DNA of 63,280 bases, the filler included, from Choristocarpus tenellus KU-1152 (taxonomy: Eukaryota; Protista; Phaeophyceae), in the NCBI GenBank assembly GCA_964200185.2. It is 10 parts of 10 records of this genome, joined end to end, with 100 filler letters (N's around TTAATTAATTAA, not from the genome) between each part and the next. Parts side by side here need not be neighbours in the genome. Positions count along the whole stretch, not along the records: positions 26,420 to 43,896 come from CAXNAD020000670.1; positions 43,997 to 50,339 come from CAXNAD020008349.1; 8 more parts are not named here. The stretch is one strand, 5' to 3'. Below the pieces are notes generated by a model. It saw nothing but the letters and a program-made list of their open reading frames with translations, was not told the origin of the DNA and ran no database searches. Each line of letters opens with the position of its first letter. The first letter of the stretch is position 1. The position numbers were made by a program, and so were the translations under genes. Below are positions 36,081 through 48,834 of the stretch, in pieces.

Positions 36081-37967
36081 AACAAAACTCTCTCTTTCCT
36101 CTCTTGTAGTATAAATGGGAATGTGGGAGGACACAGAAGGCGTGAAGATTGTGATAAGGGGCCAGGAAGGAACACACCTGTTAACTCTCTCTACCGGTGT
36201 GGGTAGATTTGCCCATTCATGGAGGTTTGGGAGCAACAGGGAGTGATACCAATTGAACGATCACACGCACATTGCAAGACAGATGTTCAAGACGATCGAG
36301 GCAGTCGCTTATTGTAACATGCCTCTTGAGAAAGTGGCTTGGACCGCTATATTCACCCCTCCTAGAAATTCTGAATGAATCTCATTCGATGAGGTGGGAA
36401 CTATGTCATCCGGACAAAGATATTAAAATCCCAAGCCTCACAAGTTGTAGGTAATACATAAGCATCTGTGGGTATGAGTCATTTTGTATGCGTAGTGTAC
36501 TTGCACTATTGAAATGCATTAGGTTGGTACAGCCTACACTGAATTACGGTGATGGCTGGAGGTCTTGATTGTGTGCAACACATTAGTAATACATCATGAA
36601 AATGCTGACACTATCAGAGAGATCGCTCAGGAGATGAGAGGTTTGACGGACTTGGACTTCTCAGGAGCATGCAATTTACAGGGTACAGCAAAATGGGAAG
36701 AAAAAATATATTTTTATTGAAAAAAGTATGTAACATCTTGTAGAGACCTTTGTATGGACAGGAAGTCATATTTTTCTATCCCTAGCTTGGTTATCTACAC
36801 TCATCCTTCCGTGCTGAAAATCATCCATTCTAACACTTGTTGCCATGCTGAAACTGGTAGGGCTATGGATCTTGCTCATAACATCACTTTCGAGTTAGAG
36901 GTGTGGGGTAGGGCTGTGGATGTGAAAGTCCTTTTGGTACACTTCCAACTTTTCGTTTCTGAGATGCATGTCAAAGTCTCGATAAAATTGGACTTAGGGT
37001 CAAGGAGCAATTGCCGTGACGATAAGATTATGGGTACATATCAATTCAGGTCCATGAGAATGTGCAGAACATTCACCCGCTACGTCGGTAACTCACCAGT
37101 TGAGAATTGAACAGACCCTTGATTGGGAAAATTTTCCACCTGGAACAAGTACACATCATCGCAAACCATACATTTTGAATACTCTGAGCAAAAGTCATTG
37201 TCCACTTTTCTAAATGGGCATACTGTGTCAGTTTTGAGGGGTCATACTTTGTTGTGTTCTTTGCTTGTTCTTAACTTGTCCACAGGTGTGAGTCTTGACT
37301 GATTTTTCCTCTTTCTGTTCAGGTTGTAATATATAAGATTGTTTTGGTGGATACTGCAGATAGATACAATTGACATGTGTGTGATGCGCATTGCCTCAAT
37401 GGTAGCATACGAAGTATTAGTTCCATATCATTACAGGAGTTGATCGGTTCAATTGTCATTCATGAACCTACGTAATGCAAGTTAGGGTACCTCGTGAGGT
37501 GTGCACTGGCAGGATGTTGTATTGTGCAACAGGTTTGTTTCCATCCACTCTCATCATTGTAGCCATTAAAGGTAGAAGGTACCTGGTGCTGAGACCTGAC
37601 ACTGCCAGCAAGGTAGGTTTGTCTTGGGAGACGCCTGGACCAGACAACTCAATTGGGAACAAAGTGACACCATTAATGGACCAACAATGCACCACATGAA
37701 AGAATAAATACTTCTTGGTGTATAGATTAGAATTTAAAAAAATACTGCTAACATGAGTATGTTGCATCCTTGGGAGTCTTGAACTGTATGTTCTTGCCGC
37801 CATCACTGAGCAGCTAACCGGAGTTTACAATCAGGCGTAGATGAAAGAGAAAAAAATGGGATTCCTCGCATTTGAAAAAGCGATATTGGTGGGTAAGGCC
37901 CTTTATCAGAACTTGCATCTATCCAGCAGGTAGGAATATTACAGGAGTTGAACATACAGTCATCGAA

Positions 37968-39902
37968 TCAAGGAAGATCTCCAGTGGGCTCTATCTCTAC
38001 CTCACACCTACCATGCAAGTGTGAGGGATCTACAAATTCACCCCCAAATTCAAGGACTGACATTGTTACCACTGCCTCCTCTACCAAGACCAACTTCATA
38101 AATGGCAACCTCCGTTCATAGAGATGGAACGTGGCTGTTGCATTGTGGGACTCTGTTGCACCAGGTAGATTGGTCCATCCTTCAGGACCTGGCATGTAGA
38201 ATCTGTCACCAAATGATCCTTCAGCAGCTTGAACACTTGCCTTGATAACACGCCTACCTAGAAAAGAGCTTGCAGTCACATTTAGTCTGTGTTCGGCATG
38301 ACTCCAGGATGACTTGATGCAATCCAAGTCAGTGTTTCGGAAGTCCCAATCGTGTAATGGAGACCGATAACCTATCACAAAGGAGTTTGTAGTGATAGGA
38401 CCAATGATAAACTTGCCCCCTGTCATAATAAACTTGATCCCTCCTGTTTTCATCTTTGTCTCCCCATCCTCAATGTTTTTCCCATTAACAAATGTTCCCC
38501 CATTGAGGCCTTGGGTGCTATCCATGCCCTCTGCCCAGACCCATCCCTTGGGGAAACAAGCACGACCATAGTTAGCCTCGATGTGCATCAAGCCCCTTCC
38601 AGATATTGGAAGGCTTCCCGCAGGCGTAACAGTGTAGGTTACATCTGACCCAAACGAATGGATGAAATACCTGATACAGAGGTGTGAGGGACAAGTCAGT
38701 GGGATAACAATGGCTACTCAGATCATCCACCAGGTCCAACTCCCACTCAACAGTTATTCCCTAGCTGGAAATTTATTTCTCGACTCTAGACTGTACACAC
38801 TCTACGTATTATTCTGTTACAGTGAGGTCAACCTCATCTATCCTCCCCTACTCCGGTTATCTCCAGCCATGTTACTCTCTTGTGACCCACACCTACAATA
38901 GCGCTTCAGATTCCTTCTCACATTAATACGCCTGAGGAACAGGTATCAATGACAAAGGCAACGTTGCTGAGGTGATACTCCAACATGATGCAAAGCATGA
39001 ACTGCAGTAAGGCAACTGACCTGAGGGGCAAAAGGTCTGTCTGTCCTAGCCAGCCTTCTGGGCCGTAGTTATTTGGCTGGTCCTTGGACCATGGAACACG
39101 GGTCGAAAAGTTGGCAGAGATGCTAAGCTCTTCCACGACCATATCGATTTGCCCGACGTCCCCAGAGATGGTCACCGACCCGACTCCGTCTGCCGCCCAG
39201 GTAAAATCAGGATCCGATATTCGGTCTGGTGGAGAAGGTGGTATCGTCGGTCCCCCTTTATCATCCTCTCTAAAAACATGCCAAGTTTGGATTCGTTGTC
39301 CTTTTTCATCACCATTTGGTGGCTTCTGATATCCCAGCGAGCAGTAGTGCTCCAGATCCTGCTAAAAACGAAGTGATGACATAAAAATATTACCACATAC
39401 GTGTCTCTATAACACAATGCAAACTGTAGGGAATGATTTGAATTGATGCCGTTGGTCGACCAGAGTGTACTTCTATTTCCGGGTTGAAAGACTCGGTCAA
39501 GCTGTGTTCCAGCTACCTACAGTGCACATCGTGAGGTCCAGGAAGTTGGGATGGGCGCAATTCCCATTTTGTTTGAAAGTCAATTGATCTTAACATACAT
39601 GACAGGAGTTGACCATAAACATGCAAATTTGAAAGGGTGGGATGGGGAGAAAAGCGGCACCATGAAAAAGAAAGACACGATTGCTCTTTAGGTCATTTCA
39701 CCTCAGAGTCAGCTCCAGCTCTACGGTATGAAGAAATGATGACAACCAACGATATTTGCTTCTCGTGGTCTACTATCCTCAGGAACCATCCCTCAAAAAA
39801 TGCCTGCTTGAGAGATCCCAAAGGGTGTGGACTGAAAGGTGATGCAGCGGAGAAACCAAGCCATGCTATAAAGACCCCAAGAATCGCATGTGAGATTCGC
39901 AT
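37968..39902 (-). CDS. Tocopherol cyclase-like protein with N-terminal signal peptide, complete 3-exon gene
   Basis: Exons 39902-39702, 39361-39021 and 38670-37968 splice in frame. Motifs PH...FFEGWFLRIV, GPEGWLG...LPLRYFIHS, HIEANYGRACFPKGWVWAEG and LEFGG correspond to Tocopherol_cycl-family FFEGWYF, EKNWG..FP..W.W and LE.GG. Confidence 0.75.
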
Positions 39903-42369
39903 GTCAACTACTCTTTACTAGTGCCTCTAAATGTCACCTTTCCTTTTGCAAATCCTCCCACTCAATTGACCTTGGTGCGTTTTAAGAAGTGTTGTGTATT
40001 GACAATAGTTCAAGGTATTGAAAGTACAGTATGTGGATTATGTGAGCGTATCAACAGTGAAGGAGACGTAATTTAGTTTTAGCGACATCTACAGACATGT
40101 ACATTATATATTATTGTTCAAAATGTGTGGACGTACATATGTTTATGTTGTTGATTGAAAGTCGACCAAAAACCAATTGAAGACCGTTATCTGATATTTT
40201 GCATCACAAAACATCAGTAAGGAGGAACCATCAACATCATAATCAAAAAACAAATTTGTCTTTTCAAAGATGCGAAAAATGTTAGAAATTGAAATTATTT
40301 TTATCTGACGTAATTCGGATTAATCGATGTTATCCCGAGGTTGGTAGAGTAAATTTAGCCGCGATTCTGTCAAAGTAGGAAGTGTCAGATTTAGGGAGAG
40401 GAAAGGAACCATAATAAGGTACAACATTAGTAGTGAATCAAATGTTGGGTGTCTCAGTTTAAGGCGTGTCTCAATAAGGCGCTTTTACGATGAAGGGGTT
40501 GAAAATCAGGCTTGATCAAAGTAAGAAACCCCCAGAGTTCATTACCTACTGTTGTTACATACATTGCGAACAATATATGATTAGAGATTTTTCTGATATA
40601 TATGTGAATAGTTTTCAATAGTTTTTCCACTTAAACATCTATTAAATATGAGAGGCATAATAATAAAAATTTATACAGAATTGATAAATCTACTAGCGAT
40701 ACTGTTTTGCTAGAAGGATGAAGAAATTATGTGTGTAGGTTCTGGTAAATTTCTCACCTTGATTACTCACACATACACCTTCCTCCATCAAAAGGTAGAT
40801 TATTACTACTTGTACTTCTATCAGGGATATACTTGAAGTGCCTTCACCCCACACCATACACACCATTTCTTCGTCACCCCTGGCAATCCTATCTTCATTC
40901 AGAATCAAACAATTGTTTTTGTTTTTACCTCCCCAACCACTATGATATTATAGTTCCCCACCTACTCGCCCTGCCCAAACGTACGTACGTATACTACATT
41001 CCCCAGACGAAACAAGCTCACCTCCCTGCAACACCGTCAGCATCTTCACCAAGGAGTTGGTGGTGTGGTCCATAATGTATTATATCCAGGAGTCCGTACA
41101 TCCGAGAGAACTTGCATGTGTATGAGTAGTATACAGAGACAGGGGAGGAAAGGGAACTATCACATATCATCTACACCTACCACATGCCCAGTACCCCACA
41201 ACAAACAAATAAAGCATTGACAAACTTGGGAGTGACTACAACTACTAGAAAAGGGATGCCAGAAGGGTGTGGCCGAAGCCTTTGTCCGTGCAGGACATCA
41301 TGGAGGAGCAACACAACTTTTGTATGCAATATAATAGCAGGCACGAGAGGTACTTGCTAGTTGAGACTGAGGAGCATGAGGGTGATTCTTCATAATTAAA
41401 TTCATCACTATTGCACAGGGTGGTAATATGACACACAGCGGAGCAAAGAAAGGTTAGTGCTTCATTGCCACCCTTTTTTGTTGGAATGGTGCCGTTGATG
41501 AGAGTGAATTGGAGGATGTAAGTGCATATTGTTGCATAACAGGTAATATCAATGTGCTATTCTACAATCACTCAAGTTTCATGACCTGCCCTGTTTTTGC
41601 TATACAATGGTACACATCATGTTAATTGGTTTATTTTGCACACATATGGATGTGTGTTATTTACTCCTAAACTATGTTTTTTTATCAAAGTATCTGAGGG
41701 GGGGTGCCGGCGTCCGTTTTTGACCCTTATATAGTTCTGTCTACATATTGCTTGATACATCGCATACTGTACAGCTAATCCAACGCATCAACATGTGGAG
41801 TGTATTCTGTACGAAATGTTGACCTGTCCATTTTGGATCACAATCCTTTCTCAACATGGTGTCGTGCATTCTTTGTTGGTGGCAGGGGCTAAAGCCATGT
41901 TTATTTATGTTTCATAATGCACTGCCTTGTGATAGTTCGCCTGGCGCACTTTACTAACAGTTTGCCCATCTTGAACTTCAGCGATGACCAAAATCTAAGC
42001 AATACTGTGATTCCTTATCAATTGATCCTTCCTTGCGATTTGAAACTCACTGCGACTGTGACTCTACAAGGTATGACTTATGACACCAGGGATGGCGGCT
42101 GTCAGGGGTTGGAGTGATGTTGGACAGTTGCCATTTCCGCTGAGCCTGGTGTGTTGCTATGGTAGAGGTCAGCCAGAGAGAAGCAAAGGGACACCATCTG
42201 GTGAAAGGCGTCATGTACGCAAACGACTGGACTTGTAAATCCCTTTATTTGTGCGGTTACTTGTGAGGATTTGACTGACATTAGATGTGTTCGCTCAATG
42301 CCGCACACCGTTCATAGTTTCACTTTAGTTTGATATTCGCATAGGTCTGCATTGATTTATAATGATTAT

Positions 42370-42604
42370 GAGTCAAAGTATCTTAGAGGGTAGAGCCGTG
42401 TTGGGGGAAAAACCTAATCTTGCGATTTTGTTTTAATTTTGGCCATCATGTTTGTTGGGGAGTGTCAATATCCTTGTTCCAAACACACTTTTTCATAACG
42501 TAAGCACTTTACCTGTTCCGAAACATGTCATTAAAACCTGTGGGAAGCCAAGCCCCAAACGGACAAACAGGGCAAAACTCGTACCCCTTAAGATACTTTC
42601 ACTC
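42370..42604. mobile_element. MITE family A, full-length 235 bp with 4-bp TSD TTAT
   Basis: ttat|GAGTCAAAGTATCTTAGAGGGTA...TACCCCTTAAGATACTTTCACTC|ttat; imperfect TIRs of about 23 bp and no ORF. Confidence 0.92.
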
Positions 42605-43129
42605 TTATGCGTTTATCTGCCTGTTATCTCACCCCAGTTTTCCTGAGGGAGCCATGAACTGGCGGATGTAAGATGGCAATTGGGTAACTTGCAGTCCAAG
42701 ATATTTGGAAGCAATCCAGTTCATATGAGGAGCAAGGTGGATGAAAGCGCTGCGTTACTTGCCCTCTTCAGTAAGATTATGTGTAGAGTTTTTGGTGTAG
42801 AGGAGGGGGTGCTGGAAGAATATCCCTCAAGAGCCAAGGAAGTTTAATCAAATCCAGCGTTTTGTGAATGTGTCTCTAGCTTATGAAACGTCAACTTCTG
42901 CCCTATGCCTCTCACCTTCCTATCTGCTTTTGTCACCATCTGCACACATGAGAGGATAACGGATATACAAGCCCTCCTTACTGGGGTCTGATTTGAGTGG
43001 CCTCTATTGCCCATATTGGGTAGAAAGGGACCAGAACTATATCTTACTTCCTCTGGCACATGTGCTGTGGGTTTGAGACACGTACACAATGCTCACCTAA
43101 AATTTTCATCCTTGCCACAAGTATAGTCA

Positions 43130-43382
43130 AAGTGAAAGTATCTTAGAGGGTAGGAGTTTTGCCCTGTTAGTCCATTTGAGGCTTGGCTTCCCACGGAGTT
43201 TTTTATTACTTTTTCACACTCTAAAATGCTTCGGAGTAAGTCAAGTGTGTACGTTATGAAAATATGTGTCTGGAACAAGGATACTAACACTTCCTAACAA
43301 ACACGATAGCCAAAGATTACATAAAAATCGCAACATTGGATTTTGGCCCCCAAGTGGACGCTGCTCTACCCTCTAAGATATA
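43130..43382. mobile_element. MITE family A copy, inverted relative to the 42370 copy, right tip eroded
   Basis: AAGTGAAAGTATCTTAGAGGGTAGGAGTTTT...GCTCTACCCTCTAAGATA; the internal sequence is the reverse complement of the 42370 copy. Confidence 0.88.
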
Positions 43383-43658
43383 CTGGATCCCAAATAAGAA
43401 TTACCATAGGACCCTCCATCGGAACAATGAACTGAACCGCACGATTCAATTGTTCAAGAGAGCCTTGTGTCTCCTTGAACAGACAAAGTGAATCCTTTTT
43501 CTTGCTTCCTTGTGCAGGGATTGTCTTTGTATCTTCTTCAATTCGCTCTTGTCTTTTGTCACCTATTCTACAAAAGATCTTCCTAATCATGGTATGAAGT
43601 GTGTCAATGTGACTTGGGTGTGAGGAATCAGGTGGGGGGGGGGGAATGGGGCTCGTGA

Positions 43659-43839
43659 GGCTCAATATATCTGAGGGGGTGGCAGCTGTCCGCCTGGGGT
43701 CAATTTTTTCATGTCGCGATTTTAGGGTGATTTGGTTGCATACGTCGGGTGGATAATGTAAATGCACTTTTCCTGATTTCGGCCCAAATGGACACCCTGG
43801 TGTAGACCACCCCTCCCCCCCCCCCAGATACCTTGGGTC
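43659..43839. mobile_element. MITE family B copy (reverse orientation)
   Basis: GGCTCAATATATCTGAGGGG...CCCCCAGATACCTTGGGTC; reverse complement of the 48164 copy. No clear TSD. Confidence 0.85.
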
Positions 43840-43896
43840 TAGCATTCCTCAACCCTTTTAAGCAGGACCTTTTACCACTCCCCTCCTCCTTCCTTC

Positions 43897-43996
43897 NNNN
43901 NNNNNNNNNNNNNNNNNNNNNNNNNNNNNNNNNNNNNNNNTTAATTAATTAANNNNNNNNNNNNNNNNNNNNNNNNNNNNNNNNNNNNNNNNNNNN
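43897..43996. other. Artificial contig linker
   Basis: N44-TTAATTAATTAA-N44. Confidence 0.98.
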
Positions 43997-44239
43997 GGTA
44001 GAGCCGTGTCCATTTGGGGGGTCAAAATCCAATGTTGCAATTTTGATGTAATTTCGGCTATCATGTTTGTTAAGAAATGTCAATATCCTTGTTCCGGACA
44101 CACCTTTTCATAACGTACACATTTTACCGACTCCGAAACATTTTGGAGTAGGTAAAATGTCATAAAAAACCTGTGGGAAACCAAGCCCCAAACGGAAAAA
44201 CAGGGGGGAAAACTCGTACCCTCTAAGATACTTTCACTC
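43997..44239. mobile_element. MITE family A copy, left tip cut by contig start
   Basis: GGTAGAGCCGTG...AACTCGTACCCTCTAAGATACTTTCACTC. Confidence 0.9.
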
Positions 44240-44240
44240 A

Positions 44241-45980
44241 GTGCACCACATCCTCGCGATGGTCCCTGTTGAGCATAAACTGTTGCGACACATTGGACTG
44301 TCCCTCACAGCGGAGTTTGGAGTGTCTGAGCATTACATGCGAGGGCTCTGGGAGGGCGCCGCCGATCAGCTCGCCCATGGCCACACGCTTGACCTAGGGG
44401 TGGTGGCACGTAGTAGGCGGCCTTCGGAGCTCACACCGACCAAGATGGTCGCAATACATAGTATCAACTCCAATAATTAGTCATCCACAATTTGTCAGGT
44501 GACAATGAAGATGGCCGCCAAGGGGTTGAATTATAGCATGAGCACCATAAACAGGTGGTTGGATGATATGGGGGCCATACTGAATCGCCGCTGGATCAAT
44601 CCCAAGCTTAAATTGCATCAAGTGGTATGGAGAATGGACTTTGTTTTCGATCAAGTGGACAGTAAACGTGGTGTGTACGCCTCCATGGCGAACACGATCA
44701 ATGTGACTGAAACCTGGTTTTATGTGATGACTGACGGGGAAAGGGTTAGGGTATTTCCGCATGAGGATGATAGCCACCTTGCACCAGGGTCCCCTACTGT
44801 GCAGTACAAGAATCGTATCCCTAAAACGATGATCATTGCAGCCAACGCCCGCCCAGATTCGGCTGACGGCTTTGATGGAAAGCTTGGTGTTTGGCGTGTC
44901 TGTGCACCAAAAACGGCAGACAGCGCAAGCAAGAACCATAAAGAGGGGGGATGTGTATGAGCAGGACTGTACTTTAGACCATTTGTGGTACAGGAAGTGG
45001 TACACGGAGTAGTTACTGCCTGCAATCAGGACCAAAATGCCTTGGTTGCAGGGGAAGCGCGTTGTCCTTCAGCAAGACAGTGCCACCCCCGACACGGGCA
45101 AGGGCAGCTCAGAAATCTTGTCAGGGGCAGGGAAGACTGAGGGGCGGTCGATTAGGCTTGTTATACAACCATCTAACTCCCCCGACCTCAATATCATGTG
45201 CTACAACACGCTCCAGAACTCACCTCCACAGGATGTGCAACTCTAATCCAACGAGCTTAAAACAATGCTACGGGGGTATTTCCCACAGTTAATCGCCACT
45301 TGCGGGTGTCAGCTACTCTTCTCTCGATGCCTCAATCAGTGCTTAGCTCAATGCTTGACTTAATGTTTTAATTGAGATAAAAGAGAATGAGAGAGGTGCA
45401 TTGAGTGGCTCTCAAAAGCACTCTTATATAAGCATCATCCACGTGATTTCTAGACTGTAGGTTAAAAGACATCTGCAAGCTGTACTCAAAGTACAACTCT
45501 TTTCTGCAACTCCCAGGAATTGAAGTCTATTCTGTGAGGTCATGTATGCATTTCGAATCTTACTCTGCATCTTCTATCAATTCAAAGTTCCTCTTCTTGT
45601 ATGAATTCTTACGTATGTATAATGTTCGCGCATGTTGGCACGCGGAAAGAAATGCTCGCGCTATTCGCCTGTAACACATGGACCTGTGCTTCTTCAGGTC
45701 TTTGGAATGCTGAGTGATGGGGGACCGGTTGTGGTCCGTCGAGGAGATGGTGAAGATCATCAAGAAACAGTATGAGGAGTACGATGAAACCGTACTTGAG
45801 AGGGCTTGGCAGCTCCTTTTTGTGGTGTACAATCAGGTACTTAGATACAAAGGGGGGAATGACTTCAGTGTGGAGCACACAGGGGTAAGAAAGAGGCAGT
45901 TGTCTGGTGAACTTGAAAACACACCGAAGGTAGACATGGAGGCTTTTTCTGTGGCTGATAAATTGAAAAGGATGGGGAAT
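44241..45980 (+). pseudogene. Decayed plant/oomycete-type mariner (DD39D-like) transposase, interrupted by a solo LTR
   Basis: Motifs INVTETWFY (from VDEKWFY), IPKTMIIAANARP...FDGKLGVW, VVLQQDSATP, QPSNSPDLNIM/DLCFFRSL and KGGNDF. It contains in-frame stops (44478, ~45010, ~45710) and a frameshift near 44950. Confidence 0.88.
45199..45676. mobile_element. Solo LTR (478 bp), TG...CA termini, 4-bp TSD CATG
   Basis: catg|TGCTACA...TGTAACA|catg. Removing it plus one TSD restores mariner N-I-M-D-L-C-F-F in frame. A TATA-like CTTATATAAG lies near 45423. Confidence 0.8.
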
Positions 45981-48163
45981 AATAATAATGAAAGGAGCAC
46001 CATAAATTCATCAAGGATTCCAAATCTTCATTCAGAAATGAATTTCATCGTCTTCAAAACGTATGGACAACGCAGCACACAGACTTAAGGCACGGAGGTA
46101 GTAACGCAAACGAAACCAGGCTTTCTTTTGGACAACAGACAATAAGGAATGAAGGACCCCGAAAAACTGACAACAGATGTTAGGCATATAAGCCTTGTGG
46201 TAGACAACAAGTTCTACCAGAACAAATTTTAGACCTACGCTCTATGGATATGGACAATTTTAGAGGAACTGGGCCCCCCGAATGTTGTCCTGTTCACGAA
46301 CTTTATAGAGGAAAACGACCCTCCTAAAGTCATTTTAATGGATCGCGTCTGTTATTGGCCACAGATAGACAAGCGTTCTAGGGTAACGCTAGAACCATTA
46401 TTATAGTTGTTACCGTTATTAGCACGACCAAGTAAGAATACAGACCGCATGGATTGGGGGAAGAAGGAGGTAATGCACCATACACACACACAATCATTGT
46501 ATGCAAACTTCATCTATCAAAGCAGCATGAAAGAAGGGCAAAATTTTCATATACGCAGTCCTCAAACTGGCTAGACAAGGGATGGACATCACCATGCCAG
46601 ACTGTTAGAAAGATCGTAGTCTGGACCCTTGGCTCTTGAGAGTCGCGAAGAGGAATTGAGAGAAGTTGTTTTTTTTGGTGTTTTTTGTCATTTATATTTC
46701 TTATGGTTCTATCTGTGAAGACAGGATAAAGTTGAGAACTGAGATGTAAGAAGTAAGAAGTAAGAATTGAAAAGATAGCACCAATTCAAAAGGGGAGGCT
46801 TTGGTAGAACCTAAGTTCAACAATGCAAGTGCAGTTAAGAGTCTGCATCACTTCAAGTCCACTCAAACAGTCATATAAAACAATACACTTATACAACAAT
46901 GTATGTGATATATTGTATTTATATTCTTGTAGTTGAATGTAACTACTCTAAGAGCTATGGAGTACTGCGATTGCTCTAGTACCCTGTATGATGTATGATG
47001 TTATAGAACTAGCTCCATGGCTTCTTTTTCTTTGATATGCGCTCTGGACGTTGTAGATGGACTTCCTTGATTTCTGACACAGACTGCTTGCCAGCAAGAA
47101 ACTCCGCGAGTAATAGAGACTTGTCAATTTTGTTCCACGTCAGAGAGGTTAATAAATGCCCTTCAAATTTCAGTTTTGAACATTCCGCTCTGGTCTCGAA
47201 TAGTTTGCTTCAAGGTTCAAACTTTTGCATTTATGACGATGTGACACCACCACCGACGCAGACAATTACTCCCGAGTATTATACTATTTCAGTGTGTACA
47301 ACTACGTGCATATGGTCATGTTCGCATAAGGAAATGCTTTGAAGTACTTATACACTTAATGTTGCTATTAGTATACATGAGGTGGGAATTATGTATGTAA
47401 TGTGGTACCAATAGCTTCGCGGTCTGTGGCAATCTTGCTTTTTTTTACTGTCTTGCCACAAGAGGTATGCAACAATAAACATATCAAATGAACGCTTATA
47501 TCAAGAGGGGTTGAAGATTTGCAAGGAATGATCTGCAAGTAATGTAATAACTCCAACGAACGGGAACTATATCTCGATCAAAGAATGACAAAAACGCAGG
47601 GGAATACCTCCGGCACAATTTTGATGGCCACAACCTCAAAAGGTACAAAGATGAAGTGGTTGGCTGAATTCCCTGGAAAAAAATAGTCTGAATTAGGCCC
47701 CTGTTTCATCACGGTGTGTGTGCCCATACCAAAAAAAAGCAAGAATCTCGGACATCTTTTTAACGCCTTTTTAAGAATTTTGTGAACACACACAAAGGAG
47801 ATCCACACAGCAATATGGACCACAACGGTGAGATAAGGAGAGCCGCCGAGGCCACTCTGCCCCCTGGATCTACCCTTGGCACCTTCTCTGTTGAGATGCG
47901 ACAAGAAAAAAAGTGTCGTGTGACATTCGGTGCAATGTTAGGTAACGAGAAAGTGTGTGTACTGTGGCGCAGCAGCATGATCAAATCTCGCAATGGACCA
48001 CGTGGCCGCGACACTGACACTGAGAGAAGATGCATTGAAAGCATTATGACACAAACGTGGTTGGATCTTCAACCACTTCGGAGCACTGCTCTGCAGTCTC
48101 TGCTGCCTTGGGAAAGCAGGAAGAGAGCAGTGAGTCCACCACCAAGTGTGGTACAGTGGTGAA

Positions 48164-48343
48164 GACCCAAAGTACCTGAGGGGGGGGGGGTCTACACCAG
48201 AGTGTCCATTTGAACGAAAACCAGGAAAAGTGCACTTTCATTATCCACCTAATGTATGGAACCAAATCACCCAAAATCGCGACATGAAAAAATTGGTCCC
48301 AAATGGACAGCCACCACCCCCCCCTCCCCAGATACTTTGAGCC
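48164..48343. mobile_element. MITE family B, full-length 180 bp with 4-bp TSD TGAA
   Basis: tgaa|GACCCAAAGTACCTGAGGGGG...CCCCAGATACTTTGAGCC|tgaa. Confidence 0.9.
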
Positions 48344-48588
48344 TGAAGTCTGTGGGGAAGCCTGGTCACGGCGGGCGAAGGGAGAACCAGAGTGACCGGC
48401 CGAAGGGAAGGTTGGGGTGGAGAGCAGTGTGCCATTGCGCTCAGGAAATGCCTCAGTGAAAATCCGGATGTAGAATATCTTAGTAGTCGGCAGTTGCTGC
48501 AGGCCCTAGTTGTTTGGAGCTCATGTGAGCCAGAGTGGCTTAGGAAACGAGAAAGAAGGTGTTAGGGTTGGGCTACAAGGACTCTGAA

Positions 48589-48790
48589 GAGCGAAAGTAT
48601 CTTAGAGGGTACAAGTTTTGCTCTGTCCATTTGGGTCTTGGCTTCCCATAGTTTTTTTTTAACATTTTCCTACTCCAAAATGTTTCGGAGTAGGTAAAAT
48701 GTATACGTTATAAAAGAGGTTTGTCCAGAACATGGATATTGACACTTCCTAACAAACACAATGGCCAAAATTACATTAAAAACGCTACAA
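48589..48790. mobile_element. MITE family A copy, right end truncated
   Basis: Starts GAGCGAAAGTATCTTAGAGGGTACAAGTTTT; homology to the other copies is lost near 48790. Confidence 0.85.
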
Positions 48791-48834
48791 AGCCCAAAAG
48801 AAGGTAACCCATTTCCGGTGCTCAACGAGGAAAT

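Noticed and set aside
36540-37810. Coding-like patches between gamma-SNAP and the cyclase gene (for example LDPKS on the minus strand)
   Set aside because: No consistent exon chain or diagnostic motif; too weak to call.
40900-41450. Possible spliced piggyBac-like relic on the minus strand
   Set aside because: Only a vague resemblance; no catalytic motif or TTAA-bounded TIRs seen.
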